NCBI GenBank assembly: GCA_051362555.1
Contig: CM120648.1
Coordinates: 4,894,587 to 4,958,586, forward strand
Length of the DNA: 64,000 nucleotides
Direction: 5' to 3'
Source: Lingula anatina
Taxonomy: Eukaryota > Animalia > Brachiopoda
Shown in pieces: positions 1-13,900 of the stretch. The notes beneath the pieces were generated by a model. That model saw only the letters and a list, made by a program, of their open reading frames with translations, was not told the origin of the DNA and ran no database searches. Position 1 is the stretch's first letter. Every line of letters begins with the position of its first letter. The position numbers and the translations under genes are program-made.

Positions 1-309
1 TATAGCTTGAAAAATAGAACAAGAATTGGTCTTAAAGTTAACATCAATCGTCGGTCTTAAAGGTTCTTTTGTGAACCAGGACCCAATGATTCATAAAACA
101 CAGCAGGAGACGGACAGGTGAGCCATTTGTGTCTGCCCATGACGTCATCGCGGTTTACCTGGTTTTAGGACACCGGAGCAATGTGTCTTTTTCAGGGGAA
201 ATTTTTATACATTAAAGAGCTTCAAAATTTGAATAAAATTATTAATAAACATTTGGATCAAATTCTTAAGATTGCTTAAGTAGGTTACCAAAATTTGGCC
301 ATAATAACG

Positions 310-353
<44 letters not shown>

Positions 354-597
354 GTCCAAGACCAAAAAGAGTAACATTAGTTATAAAGGGTAGCAATGTC
401 TTTATGCTTGGCAAAGGGCTTTTTATTTTTTATAGAGAATTATGGCGCTGACATAGGCTTTAAAGGCGTATTTGTGTCACGTTTTTTGTAAACGGCGTGA
501 GTAAATTAACTCCATATAGACTACTTGAAAGAAAAATAATGTTCAAAGATAGCAGTTTAAGTCACGATTTCAGATAAGTTATGTTAATGGATTATTA

Positions 598-640
<43 letters not shown>

Positions 641-884
641 GCCCAAGACCAAAAAGAGTAACATTAGTTATAAAGGGTAGCAATGTCTTTATGCTTGGCA
701 AAGGGCTTTTTATTTTTTATAGAGAATTATGGCGCTGACATAGGCTTTAAAGGCGTATTTGTGTCACGTTTTTTGTAAACGGCGTGAGTAAATTAACTCC
801 ATATAGACTACTTGAAAGAAAAATAATGTTCAAAGATAGCAGTTTAAGTCACGATTTCAGATAAGTTATGTTAATGGATTATTA

Positions 885-927
<43 letters not shown>

Positions 928-1174
928 GCCCAAGACCAAAAAGAGTAACATTAGTTATAAAGGGTAGCAATGTCTTTATGCTTGGCAAAGGGCTTTTTAT
1001 TTTTTATAGAGAATTATGGCGCTGACATAGGCTTTAAAGGCGTATTTGTGTCACGTTTTTTGTAAACGGCGTGAGTAAATTAACTCCATATAGACTACTT
1101 GAAAGAAAAATAATGTTCAAAGATAGCAGTTTAAGTCACGATTTCAGATAAGTTATGTTAATGGATTATTATCA
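310..1174. repeat. Three near-identical tandem copies of a ~288 bp unit, each starting with an (ATT)n microsatellite
   Basis: CCAAGACCAAAAAGAGTAACATTAG recurs at ~356, ~643 and ~930; the units match through to ...GGATTATTATCA. Confidence 0.95.
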
Positions 1175-3858
1175 TTCTTATATATTTATGTCCTACGTCG
1201 TTGAATGCTTTATGTTAGCATATTATAGGACATTTGAATCACGATTTTGAAAATCTTGTGAACTGTTATCAGCCGTCTACGTGGTCCGGATATATTGGTC
1301 AATTAATCCGTTTTATTTATCTTTAAAGCGTCCACGTGATATTAATGAAAATATTATGATGAGTCAATTAATGTTGAATCAAAACGTGGAGGTGTACTTC
1401 CATTTTTAAAGGTGGTGGTTAAATGAGTCATATATTGTTAAAAACACATAGTCACGATATTTCATTATAGGATAGATTAAAATCTCCTAGACACGCTTGA
1501 TTTATTTTACGTCCGGAATAGTATACTTCATTTTAAGAACCTCTTTGGATGGGTTGATTGATTAGGGGAAATAAACAGCAGGTGAGTCATCTGAAAACTT
1601 ATGAACGAGTCAGTTGAATAATTATGATATTTTTGCAGTCTTTTGAGCATGTTCACAATTTTCTTGTAGAAAAGATATCACTGATGTTTTGATACAAATC
1701 GTTGAATGTTTTCGCTGAGACGCCGGTTTCATATCTACTGTTCTCTTCGTTTTGCCCTCACGTTGCTTTCTAAGTTGTGCCGTCACGTGGGCCGCGTTCG
1801 GCCTCAACAACGGCAGGACTTTCCGCAGACCCCTTTAAGGTATTTCACAGGGTCGTGTGAGTCGTAAAAACGCAATAAATTCCACAATAAAGCTTTTATT
1901 TGTCATCGGATTTAGTTCAAATAAGTTAGGTAGAAGCATACGATAGCGGATTGTAATGACCCCGGAGTGTTATCGCCGCCCTAGTGATTTGCGATATGGC
2001 TGTCTCTGATCTGAGCTGGCTGTTTAACTGCTTTCAATTATTACATTACAAATCATGACAATTGGCAATAATGTCATGTAGTTACTATAATCTATTAGCG
2101 TGTGTTTGTCCAGTGTGGGTAAAAACATTATTTAGTACTATCGGACCGCTGCCAGGTGCCAGTGCTCGTAAATTTTTCAGACAAAAAATGAGCAAGATTA
2201 GTTGCGGTAAAGAAAGAATTTTGCACATCAAAGGGATTTGAAAAAACTGGACGTGATTGTTATAGCAACTTTTTTTATTTTATAACTGAAGTAAATTTTA
2301 AGCTTTGCAGACACTTCAACTTGCTTTGTATTATTCAAAACTGATTTCATAGACAAACATAGACACTGTTTGAATTAGTATCTTAACCTTCGAGAGTCCA
2401 CATATAACTACAGATTATTTAAGGAACACCGGTGTTCCGTTTTTCACATTTGCTGTCAAAAGCTATTTATGGGTGTGGTCAAAAAGAGGAAAGGGGGTGT
2501 TTCGAAGCCAGAACCTCCCTCTCCTCTTTAATCGCTGTCGTGAACAAGAACCCTAGAGCTGTCTCAGAGACGCATCTACACCCCCACCCTATCCTTCTCA
2601 CCCACCGACAGCACCCACGAGCTGGCGTGCGCCCCGTGCTGGCAGCAGAGGCCGAACCAAGATTATACGCACAGTACGCGCATACTCGCGCGTCCATCCT
2701 GAATTTGTTGACTTTTCTCACGGCCGTAATGTAACTTATCGCCCTTGTATTGCTTCGTGTGTCAACAACGTGTGTCTCGGGGTTTATCGGTAATATTGAC
2801 AGAGATATCTGAAGGAATTTGTCATCGAGCGCCTCAGGATCGTTGTTTACAAGGCAGATAAGGCGCGATGACGAAGCCCTGTTCCAGACTCGAGGGCATC
2901 GCTAGGATGAGGCAAATCCCGGAGATCTTAATTAAGATGACGTGTTTATTACGAGAGGTGGGGAGGAAACCATTTAGTTCTCCTTTCTAAAAACTGATGC
3001 AAGAAACCCGGACATGAATCGCTTTCATTTGATTCATATCATTTTCATTCTGAAGTATTTTAACAACCGTTCTTTTTCTTCTCGACTTTGTTTCTTTCAA
3101 TTATTCCCCAATTGTTTTCTTATTCATTTTATTCTTAAGTATTATTCTGCTTTTTGATTGATCTTTTCATTCATTTATTCTTTCTTTCATTTATTCATTC
3201 ATTCATTCATTCATCTGTGAACTGGAGGTCGTTGACACGGTAGTCTGCAGTTCCATTCACCATCCTTGCCGCTGTATAATTACGTCGTTTTCTAACCAAC
3301 GTGTAGCTTGTGGTCTAGTAGACGACACTCTGAGCTTCCAATAGCAGGCGTTTGCTCTTCAATAATATTGAATGATATAAAATAGCAGAGACCGGTACCC
3401 TGATTGTACATTCAAAGGAAAAAATTTGGGTGATTCCGTTGTATTCTGTAAGACCTTAGAGCTTTGTATAGCAGAAAGCAGGGGCTGATTGAATTAGAAA
3501 AAAATAACAGTCAAACCACTGTAACTTTGGCTCACAGAGTAACAGCCGATGAAGCTACCGTGAAATTAAAACTTTAAGGGGCGTAACTTTGCGACGCGCT
3601 AAGCGATATTACAGCACGCGCTCGCTATTTCAGAAGCCGAGTTGAAGAAATCGAACACGTCTCATTATCAGTGCTAGCCTTGCTGATTGCCAAAACAGCC
3701 GTTTTTGTTGTCGTTACGATGCTTACTTCGCATTTTCGATGATTGTAGATATTATACCATGGACCTTTTTTCTTGCCGTGCTTCTTTGCCTTCTGTGAAG
3801 TTCTGTCAAAGTGGCTTACAATATATTACTATTGTTATTTTGCCAGTCAGAATGTACA

Positions 3859-3861
<3 letters not shown>

Positions 3862-3929
<68 letters not shown>

Positions 3930-4007
3930 TTCTCAGTCATTTGCATAACTTTGATAAAACGCAAAAGTTCAAAATTTGCAAAAAAAAAAAAAAAAAAAAA
4001 AAAAAAA
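3862..4007. repeat. (CT)n microsatellite followed by a poly-A tract
   Basis: Direct reading: (CT)n 3862-3926, poly-A ~3980-4007. Confidence 0.95.
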
Positions 4008-4723
4008 CACTTGTAATAAATTTTCTTAACTAGCGTACAAGTATACAGATCTGTGTGGTGCAAGTCTTTATTGTCGAGTGTCTCAGCTATTTAATTTATC
4101 AACTTTAAGAATGTTTTAGAGAACTTAATTTGTCGAATACATATAAATACTTAGGTATTTTGTAGAAAATAATCAAAATTCTTATCTTGATTCACCTTTC
4201 TTAATTATGGCATCATAATTTCACCCACTGGTCAGAATTTTTCGGTGAAATTATTCAGTTGCAAGAATCTTGGAAGAATGTAATACATGCGACCAAAATA
4301 TACAGTGTCAAAGTAACCATTGTTTCAGTTGAACCGACGCCTTGATTTTAAAACTGATTTGTCGAGGTTCGATTTCCTCGTGTGTTTCTCTTTCGGGGAG
4401 CACTTTTGTGGATGAAATTAATCATGTCACGTTGACAGAATTCATTTCCAAAGAAAATAAACTCCAATTTTTTTTATGAAATATTGATTGTTTATATGAT
4501 ACCCCTGTGTAGTAATTTCGTTCAAAAAGTACAAAGCTCACAAAAAAGCAATAAAAATTGAACCGAATGCCCTAGACCTAGCTCTCATTAAGAAAGCAGC
4601 AGGGTTTGAAAGACAGATTGCTTTTAATGTCTTTTTGATACCAACGTAATACCAATGACATAACGAAAACCCTCCCGTCGCGAGTAAAAGATATTTTTCC
4701 TTAGCTCTGTTTTAACTCCCCCG

Positions 4724-4755
<32 letters not shown>

Positions 4756-6995
4756 AGAAAGTAAAAAAATCGAAAACATTATTGATACAAAACCAAGCAA
4801 AAACGAGGAAACAAAAAAACTAAAAGTGAGCACAATACGTTTAAACGAAATGACAACCGTGCAAATGTGAGTAGAAGAAATAAATCTGATTTGCAGGTTG
4901 AAAATTAACTAATAGCTGTCATTTATGGGGTCAAAATACTTAAATAGGGAGACAGGTTGGTCTATTTGATACTAACATTAATGTCTTTTTAATACAACGC
5001 TATTTCAGTGACGCAACTTCTGCCCGCCCGTGGGCAGTGCTGCAATATGGTCAGTGCTTCAGCTTGGAGACCAGTGTCCATTTTCACACTGACCAACCCT
5101 GGCCATTGTTCCTACACATCTGTTTCTTGCCTAATTTCAAAAATAAGTGGGGCCCACGCGTTTGCCTTTCATTAAAGACCTTGTCATTCTCCTTTTTTCA
5201 TCGACAATTTCATAAACTTCAAAAAAGGCCCGCTCTCTCTCTCTCATCTTAAAGCTCTGGTCACTTTTCACAATATGAAAACGCTGACAATGGGGGTTAA
5301 TCATAACGTTTCATTAGTGGACGAAGCGAGTGAATACAGGGGTCAAGATAAAGAATGGACGCTATCCGTCGGAATGTCCACTACCTTTGTGTCGTTGGAT
5401 GTTATCAAATGCTTTGATGGCCGGTTGGTCGTTTCTCTCGATGTTTTCAATTATTAGCGTATGTCCACGTCTTTGTCGCGGTAACATGAACGTATGTCCA
5501 CTACAAAGAGTAATTGTGCTGGACTAATGGAAGGGTCATCGGTTTTCTGTGCAAGAATTTCCGAATATCTCCTTCTATTTCGACTCAGATTCCGATATAA
5601 TTCAGATACTGTTTGCGGTTATGAAATTCTATCTTTTCAAGTTTGCTTTTTGTATTGTTCTATTTGTTGACTTTGATAGGTTTGATTAAGAAAAAAATTT
5701 TGATACAATTTTGTATTGTTGTGAATGGGGTTTTTGATGTCTACTGATTATGATATGATTCACTGCGTGCCGTTCTTTTTTTCTATTCATTTTTTTTTCT
5801 TTTTTGAAGTTTATAATAACAAGCAAATGTGAATTTATTTCATTAGAGAATTTATTTTGTTATCGCTTTGAACCCCACGTTCTTATGAAATCCTATCATT
5901 TCTGTCACTCCTGTATTTTTGATTTTGAGGGAGTGATTTTCAAAGCATTTTTCGCACACCTGTTGTTGTGGTGAAACAGCCCCAATTATTATGAAATAAT
6001 GCTTTCTTCTGGCTTCCAATGTATTGTGAGTATACTGACATTGTTCTCATTAAGACAAGAAATATTGCCATCTTATACTTGACTGATTCCCGCTTTTGAC
6101 GATTTGATCCCCTATAATTATGAAATGATATCTCTTCTGCACCTCCCTTCTCTTGTTTTGATAGCCAATTATTGTAAAATGATAAAATTTCGACATTCTT
6201 TTGTTGGTGTTTTTGTTTACCTTAATCGGTGGTGATTATGGTAGGAAATTATTTTCGCCCTTTGGTCAATTTTGTTTTTGTTGGTTTTGATCGCCCCTTT
6301 TTCACATAATTTCTTTTCGGTGTCGAGTGATTGTCATATTTGATAGACGAGACCACAGGTCGTTATTAAATTATTTTCTGCAAGTGTCCCTTTGCATGTA
6401 CCTTTTATTGCAACAAACAAGATATCTGTATCAAGTTCATTTTTTTTTACATATTTCACATACTGACTGTCTCAAGGCTTTCAAGAGGGAAACACAGCCA
6501 CCATCTTTTGAAAAATCAAACCATGGAATTTTAAAAGATATGAAATAGAAGTTAAGAGCAGTTTTACAATTTGAAATGAAAGACTTTGTCAGACACTTTA
6601 TATAAAAGATGTCAACGCACGTGAGTGAAAAAGCGTTGTAAGCACTATCAATGGCAATAATTTTATGAGTTTTCTCTGAATTATGATCACCGTCACCCTT
6701 TGTATATTCAGACCTGTTCTTTTACAATTGTTTATAACATGGTATAAAATATACTCAGCAACTGATAAAAAATAGCAAGATACTATATCTTACATATCAA
6801 GAACATGTCACTTTTGTTTTCAAATTGTGTCTTCTGGTCTGTAACTGAAAAATTCAAGGGGGGAGTCATTTTCTGAAAAAAGCAGACAATTACTCCCTTT
6901 AGGTAGCCAAACTTGAGAAAATGGCATATGAAAACTAGACCAAATTTTTGATTTAGATGGAACTTTATCGGGGCAAACGAAAGGTTCCTTTGAAG

Positions 6996-7034
<39 letters not shown>

Positions 7035-7934
7035 TTCGCACGCTTACATTGTAAGAGTTTGGCCTTCTTCCGTCTGTTTTATTGTCATTAACTTAAACAC
7101 GCAGACCGTAAAAAGCCCAAAAGAAGACGACCATGAATTAAAATTACACGGACTGTACACGTATTGTATCCACGCTTTATAACTTAAAATTGAAGCAATC
7201 CTTATCTAATTATTGTCTGTCTAGAAGGAAATGTCCAGTTACATCAGCCAGACGAAAAGTAATTCAATGAACAAGACCTCATGGTATTTGTTGCGTCCAT
7301 ATTCTAATTTATCTGCTACATATACTGTCTGTCTACAAGGTGTGCGCCCAACACCAGAAGTCCTACCAAGTGCTTTAGAATTATCTTTGCGGTAATTATC
7401 CTCTAAATGCAAGCATAATTTATTAATCCAATTTCCAAAATTGTAATTTTTTTTAAAATGCACGAACAAAATTGTACAAAAGTTTTCAAAACCCCGATAT
7501 TAGGACCATATCACACAGAAGGTGTTTGTCAATAACTAGAACTGACAAAGCTTCGGAATTCGAAATACCATGAATAAGGGATGTGAAATTGTGAGTAATT
7601 ACCGTATGGTTATGTCTACCTGTCGCCTCGAACACTTGTCTGCCTGTTGCAGGTAAGACATCCGGTCCACAGAGCTGGCCAGGTACATACGGTGAAATTG
7701 ACAACTTGTTATGGTTGTGTCGTCTATTTCCATTTTTTCTTTCACAAAGGTACCGCCTCTACCTTTTAAGCACTCGTCTTTTGGCGGTTAGACATAGATA
7801 TCGCTTAGGAAATTTATCTTCTGTTCATTTTCTAAAGGACCAAAATTGTGTTTGAGTGGGAGGTGTGTGTTTGAAAGAGAGAGAGAGAGTTTACTTGTGC
7901 GCGCGAGCGTGCGTGCGCGAGTGTGCGCGTACTG

Positions 7935-7972
<38 letters not shown>

Positions 7973-10900
7973 GAACACAGTTTTACTCGTATCAGGTCGT
8001 TGTTTGTGGTAATTGCCACGTGCATGCCGCCGATGTTTTTACTCGACTGTTGGTGGAATTGGGTATGGGCGCACATGTACGAGATCCGAGTGACATGACT
8101 GAACTTGTACAGACAGCCTTCATTTTTGTAGTAGCTCGACTCATTATAAAAAAGGTAAAGGGGTGTGAGATGAAACAGAAATCGGTGAACTGAACACAAG
8201 TAATGGTAGCCGAGCGCGTGTCATTATGATTAGTTGTGACAACTATGGATATTATATTGCGGAACTCCGGTGCAGCAGCAACTGTTCTTTTTTTTTTTCT
8301 TAAATTCAGATCACCGTGTGTGAATGCAGTGCGAGTCAATGTACTTTCGAAATCTCTTATCCTTATTGTGTAGGTAGCACACCTACCTCCCTCTCCTCTC
8401 CCTTACTCCTTACTACTACTTGGCACGCAGTTAAATCACTTTCTGCCAATAGCGATCTTTGGTCAATGTGACAAGGTGAAAGGTCGCCCCAACTTATATG
8501 TAAACGCGCCTTTATAGGTACCAGTATAATAGGTAATAGCCTTCCAAAGGCGAGTTTTTTTATACGCAAAAAAAAGCTGTACCAAACAGCAGCTAGAAAT
8601 ATAAGAGTTATTAGGTGATATTTATCGATCGTAATCGATACGGATATGCAGTGACCCCGTGGTTATAACATTGCGGAATTCCGGTGCAGCGAATGTGTTT
8701 GTTTATTAAGTTATTTGTATTAGCATCAAATAGGAAAAGAAACAAATATGCTGGAGAAGAATGAATGGGTGGAAGTCGCTTTAGAATGGGAAGAGTTGAC
8801 GCCTCTTGACGGGTCATCTATTTTCGTTAGGTATTTATTTACTAATCACTTTCCCATTCGTTAGGTTTGAAATAATGTTACTTGTTCACTGTTCTTTTTC
8901 TTTCTTGAATATGATCAACGTTAAAATGAACCGTGTAGCCCAGTTCTGGTCCTTTTTAAGACCAGTGGAAGAGATTTATCAAATTTAATTGGTGACGACG
9001 GCAATGGCTATATTCTTGAGGAACTGCGGTACAGCAACTGTGAAACGGCAGCCTTTTTGCTTCTTTTTTCTTTCTTTTTTTATGGATGAATGTTAACTTG
9101 CACGTACGCTGTTTGCAACGTCCTATTTCGCTCGCAGACATATTTGACCTTTTCTACTATTTCCTCCTACACTTTGCAGCCTAAAGCCAATAAAAATTAT
9201 CTGCAGTTTCTTGCTCATTTTTTTCTTCGATTTCCAATTTGGAGCACGTCAAGTTTTACACATTATGTCTGCTACAGTATTATTTTCTCAGCGTCATTTT
9301 ACAGCTTTGGAGCGTGATTAATGGCGCCAGTTCATAAATCCATGGTTGTAATGATGAACAAGAATAAAATTGCAGAGATGCGTATTGTCTGTTTTCCAAG
9401 AACATAATAATAGATAAATAATAATAAGCAAAAAGGAACAGAAGTATCAGTTTCAAACAAGCTTTTAATTATCATCAAACATATAACGTTGACTGCAAGG
9501 CGCCCCGTCTGTGTATCACAAAGGCCGAGTTATAATAATTATAGTTTAGTGGTGAAATTTAATACACAAATGACGCATCCCCATGTGGTCACATACATTT
9601 GAACTGTAACCTAAAATATTACTATGCCCCTTATATTTTCGCCCTTCACCAAGCTCAAACAGAACACGAATGCTATGCCTGTGTTAAATAAGTAAAAGAA
9701 GAAGTAAGATTGTTCAACGTCTTATACATAAATGGAATACAAGTTGGCATGATGGCTTTCGACCTACCACAAAGAACAGCTTTCTGTTCTCGCTAAATAG
9801 AAGAGCACGCCTTTTTCTATCAACTACCGCGTTTACTGCACACAAGTTAACTTTTATAAAAACGGACAAAGCATACGAATGTAAATTAAAACCAATGAAT
9901 TTCGGGAGGAACGAAACAGACCCAGCTAAGATTGATAAAACATTCGAGACTTTCTCCTCTTAACTTTTTTGCAATGTCAAATATGCGAGAAAGCGCGTTA
10001 GGCATGAAAAAAAAAGAAAGAAAATGAGATATAACTTTCCGTAGGATGCGCATCTCTTAAGTAGCCAAATCAATAGAGGCTGTAGTTTTAAATTGCAACC
10101 AGATGGCCCCCAGTGGGATGATCGCAAGAGAGAAAAAAAACTTCAAAAGAAACGTATCACTTGATCAAAATGATTTAGTAACCGTTAAATCGTGACCGAG
10201 GACCACGCGAGGCGAGCGTCCGATTTTCAATAGTTGCTTAAGAGACAACACGAAAAACAAATTAGATAAAGAAAAAAGATTAAAAAAAGGAAGGGCAGAT
10301 AAAAAAAGGGCCACTTAAAGTAGCTGTCATTCAAAACTCAATAGATGCCGAAATGGCGTGTTCCCGGGCTCGAGTTAGAGAAGTGATTCTATGTGTCGTT
10401 TCAGATTTAAACCACTTAAGTTCAATTTTTCTCGAGTTGCTGGGCGGAACTAGACTTTTCCATTCACAAAATATATAGACCCAAGACCACTTGAACCACT
10501 TTGGCTGAATTTTTCTCCGTTTAGGGGGAATAATATTCGGCTTTGTTAGATTGACAGCCAAGCAATTGCATGTCCTTTTTTTCAACAAAGCGGTCTCCCG
10601 CTTTTTGACTAGTCTTTAAGTGACCAAAGACGCGTGTACCGATTAGTGTCTATTAAACGGTTTTTAAACCCCTCTAAATTAACTGCGTCTAGTAATTTGT
10701 ATAGAGATTAATAACGAAAGGACAAAAAAGCATTTACGTGTCTTGGAACGCTGTCTGCGGCCTCACTATAGTCCAACAATAGTTCTCGTCCACTTTTTTT
10801 CAGTCTCTCGTCTAATTGTTGGCTGTGTCCGTCACAGTCCGATGGTTTTTAATGAGATATGTCAAAGAGTGACTGACATATCATACTGTCAGCGGCTACT

Positions 10901-13900
10901 GGGTGCTTTTAACAGCACCTTTTTTATCAGTAAAACACTGCATTTTTGTGAGTGTGATCGCGCACGAGCGCGTGCACAGAAAACGTTCAGGGTACTCGTT
11001 GCATTTAAGTATTTAAGCACGTAAGGGCAGAATTGATGATTTTATCTAAATGCAGGTAAACTGAGAGTTCATAAAAATGAATTGTTACAAGAAATACCAG
11101 GTGATCCAACAAAAGATCCGCAGCTACATAAAATACTAGATTTGTTTTATTTGAAAATAAATGAACTTGGCGGCGAACTTTCCCTCGTAATAGATCCTTA
11201 CAAATAAACGTCTGGTTCACTCAGACTGTTTTGCTTTCCCATCCATAAACTGTAATAAAATCAAAACGTTAAACTGTTTCCCTTAATATTATTTAACCTT
11301 ACTTTCTCTACAGATCCAAACAGATCTACGTTCTGTGAGAAGAATTAGAACCAAACTAGCAATCACTGGCAATACCCTGTCGGAGAGAGCACACTGATGA
11401 GTCTTAATACCTTCCTTTATATTAAGACCGCACCTAGCGTATGATTATGAAATACTGAGTATGTATGTATAATAATGGTACATTTCTATATATGTAATTT
11501 TGGTGCTATTCATCTATTTTATTTATTATTATTATTATCATCATTATTGTTGTTGCTATTACTTTATCTCTGTGCATTTTCACCAGCTCAGTCTGGTGCA
11601 GAAAGTATGAATAAAGCATTTGCATTCACCGCTTACCGAGCGGACTTCGGTTTCCTTACAATTAATCTTAACGTCTGCGAAAAACAGGAGCACAAGGTAC
11701 TTTCTGGCTCTTAATACTGCAAACAAAAGTTTCCTTTTACGTCCATCAGAAGAAACTTCTTGGATGAAGGACTCTTTGACCACATTTACTACAAACTGAC
11801 AAAAATTCTATATTATGAATTTATCTTCTATGAACCGTTCATATTATTCTTATTCTTTCAAATGTAAAGAGTGCTCAAACACAGTGCAGGCACACATCCT
11901 GGACGTTGGCAATATTTGGAAGTGGTATCAAAATAGAGGGAGTTTGTTACGAATCCAGATCTACAGCATATCGACACTTTTTAAGATACGGAGGTTATTC
12001 TGGAATCAAACCAAGCATAAACGGAAAAGATTCGGGTCCGTGAACGTCAAACTTATGCAGACGAGATATTCTTGTGTTACGTCGCCGCTCTGTGGAAATA
12101 TTTTTTAAAAAAAACAAGACTCATCAACTTAGATACAGAAGATTTTCGGAGTAAAACCAAACAAAATCGGAGGGGGTGTTAGAATACAAAATGCTTTTGT
12201 GAGTGCACATTAATTCATATGTGGTGTTTTAGGACATGGTTTTTATCTCACTTTTCCCATCCATCTAACAACTGAAAACCTATCCAGCTCTATAAACTAA
12301 ACTACGTCTAGAAGACTAAAGATCTGTCTGATTTTTCGATCCTTACAGGCAGAGCGAAATTAAACTAGTGCCAGTCTGTCAATGTAGTAAGGTCCAAACA
12401 TAGGTGTCAGTATATTTTGAGGGATATTTTATCTTTTTAAATGGTACTTGCGCGGTGGGTGATGGACTTAATAGATTACAGCCGAAATTTTCCCTTTTCG
12501 AAACACTGATCGATTTTCAAATGCCAAAAGAATCATAAAAGAATTCATTTTCATCAAATTAACATGTTTAGAAAGCCACTCAATGCATTCATGGATTAAA
12601 TCCGCCGAGAAAATGGAATTCAAAAAAGGGGATTTGGGGGTTAATTGCAAGAGCACAACTCACGTATGCCATGCACCGTAATTCAAACCCTCAAGTAATT
12701 TGGAAGAAAATGAAAATCGCAACTTGGAAGAAAGTGATCTCCGGTTTGGACAATAAACAGAGTGTGAAAAAGATACCTGAGCATATGGTTCAAAGATAAA
12801 GAACGAATTAGCAGTTGACGGTATGTTGAATACCCTCTTTTTTTTCAGTAAGTCGCACCCATGATTATAGAGTTAACGTTTTCCTCTCGACTTTCTGTAA
12901 TTGCTTTATTAGTCCGATTAGAAGTTTCCTTTTTCAGGAAGGAGAATTCTAGTTGAAATACCAATCTGGCACGTTCTGGGGTTCCTTTGAAGTCTGTCAG
13001 TTAAGATTTCAGTTGAGAAAAATCACTGTCTACATTAGGGAAGAGAGAGAGAGAGAGAAGAAGAAGAAGAAAAGAGAAGGGGGGATGTTAGTGGGAAAAG
13101 TAAGAACGGCCAGGCAGAGAACGAGGGAGCGGGATGAGAAAATGAAGAAGAGGAGAAGCAGAGAGATGCAGGAGAAATTCAGGAGAGAAGGCCACGGGGT
13201 AGCAGAGGAAACGCCGCCGCCTAACCGCCTTTAAACCCATTAGCTAATACCACTTTAGACCATTATAGTGTACTGCAGCACTCATAATATACATTCCCAT
13301 TCAAATATGGACTGCGGGTGCTTTTCTTTTTCTTTCCCCTCCCTAGCGAATTCGCAGACAAAATACTCAATACATTAAATCTCCCCCGAAAGTATATCCT
13401 CCGCCATCATTTAATAACCTCTGTAAAGGGACCGCAACTGTTGAACTTTCTTATCCACCTTTGCAGTTTGTAACTAAAATCTAAACTACACGACGAGACT
13501 ACTTCAAGTACCCTTGACTTTCTTCGAGGCCCCACTTGCATTCACTAAAGGATTGTACTGGGATCAGCCAAGAACGAATAGTCAAAGCTTTGTAATTTGT
13601 GAGTATTTACTTATGAAGGAAAGCCGAAAGTAAAAGTTTCGAGCCCGTGAATGTGAAGCTTATGCAGACGAGACATTTTTGTGTTACGTCTGTTCTGTTG
13701 GAAAATATGGTGTTTCTTCATTTGGCTGTGCAATGCAAAAATGATGAAAAATGAGAGTCACCGCAGAGTTGGATCGATTTACGTAGACCGATTGTGTCTA
13801 TTGGAATGGGGTATTACACGGAAGAAATATAAAACACTGAGCAAAAATATAAACGCCCCATGTGAATTATTTATGTACTATATAATGGGCTACGGACGGG

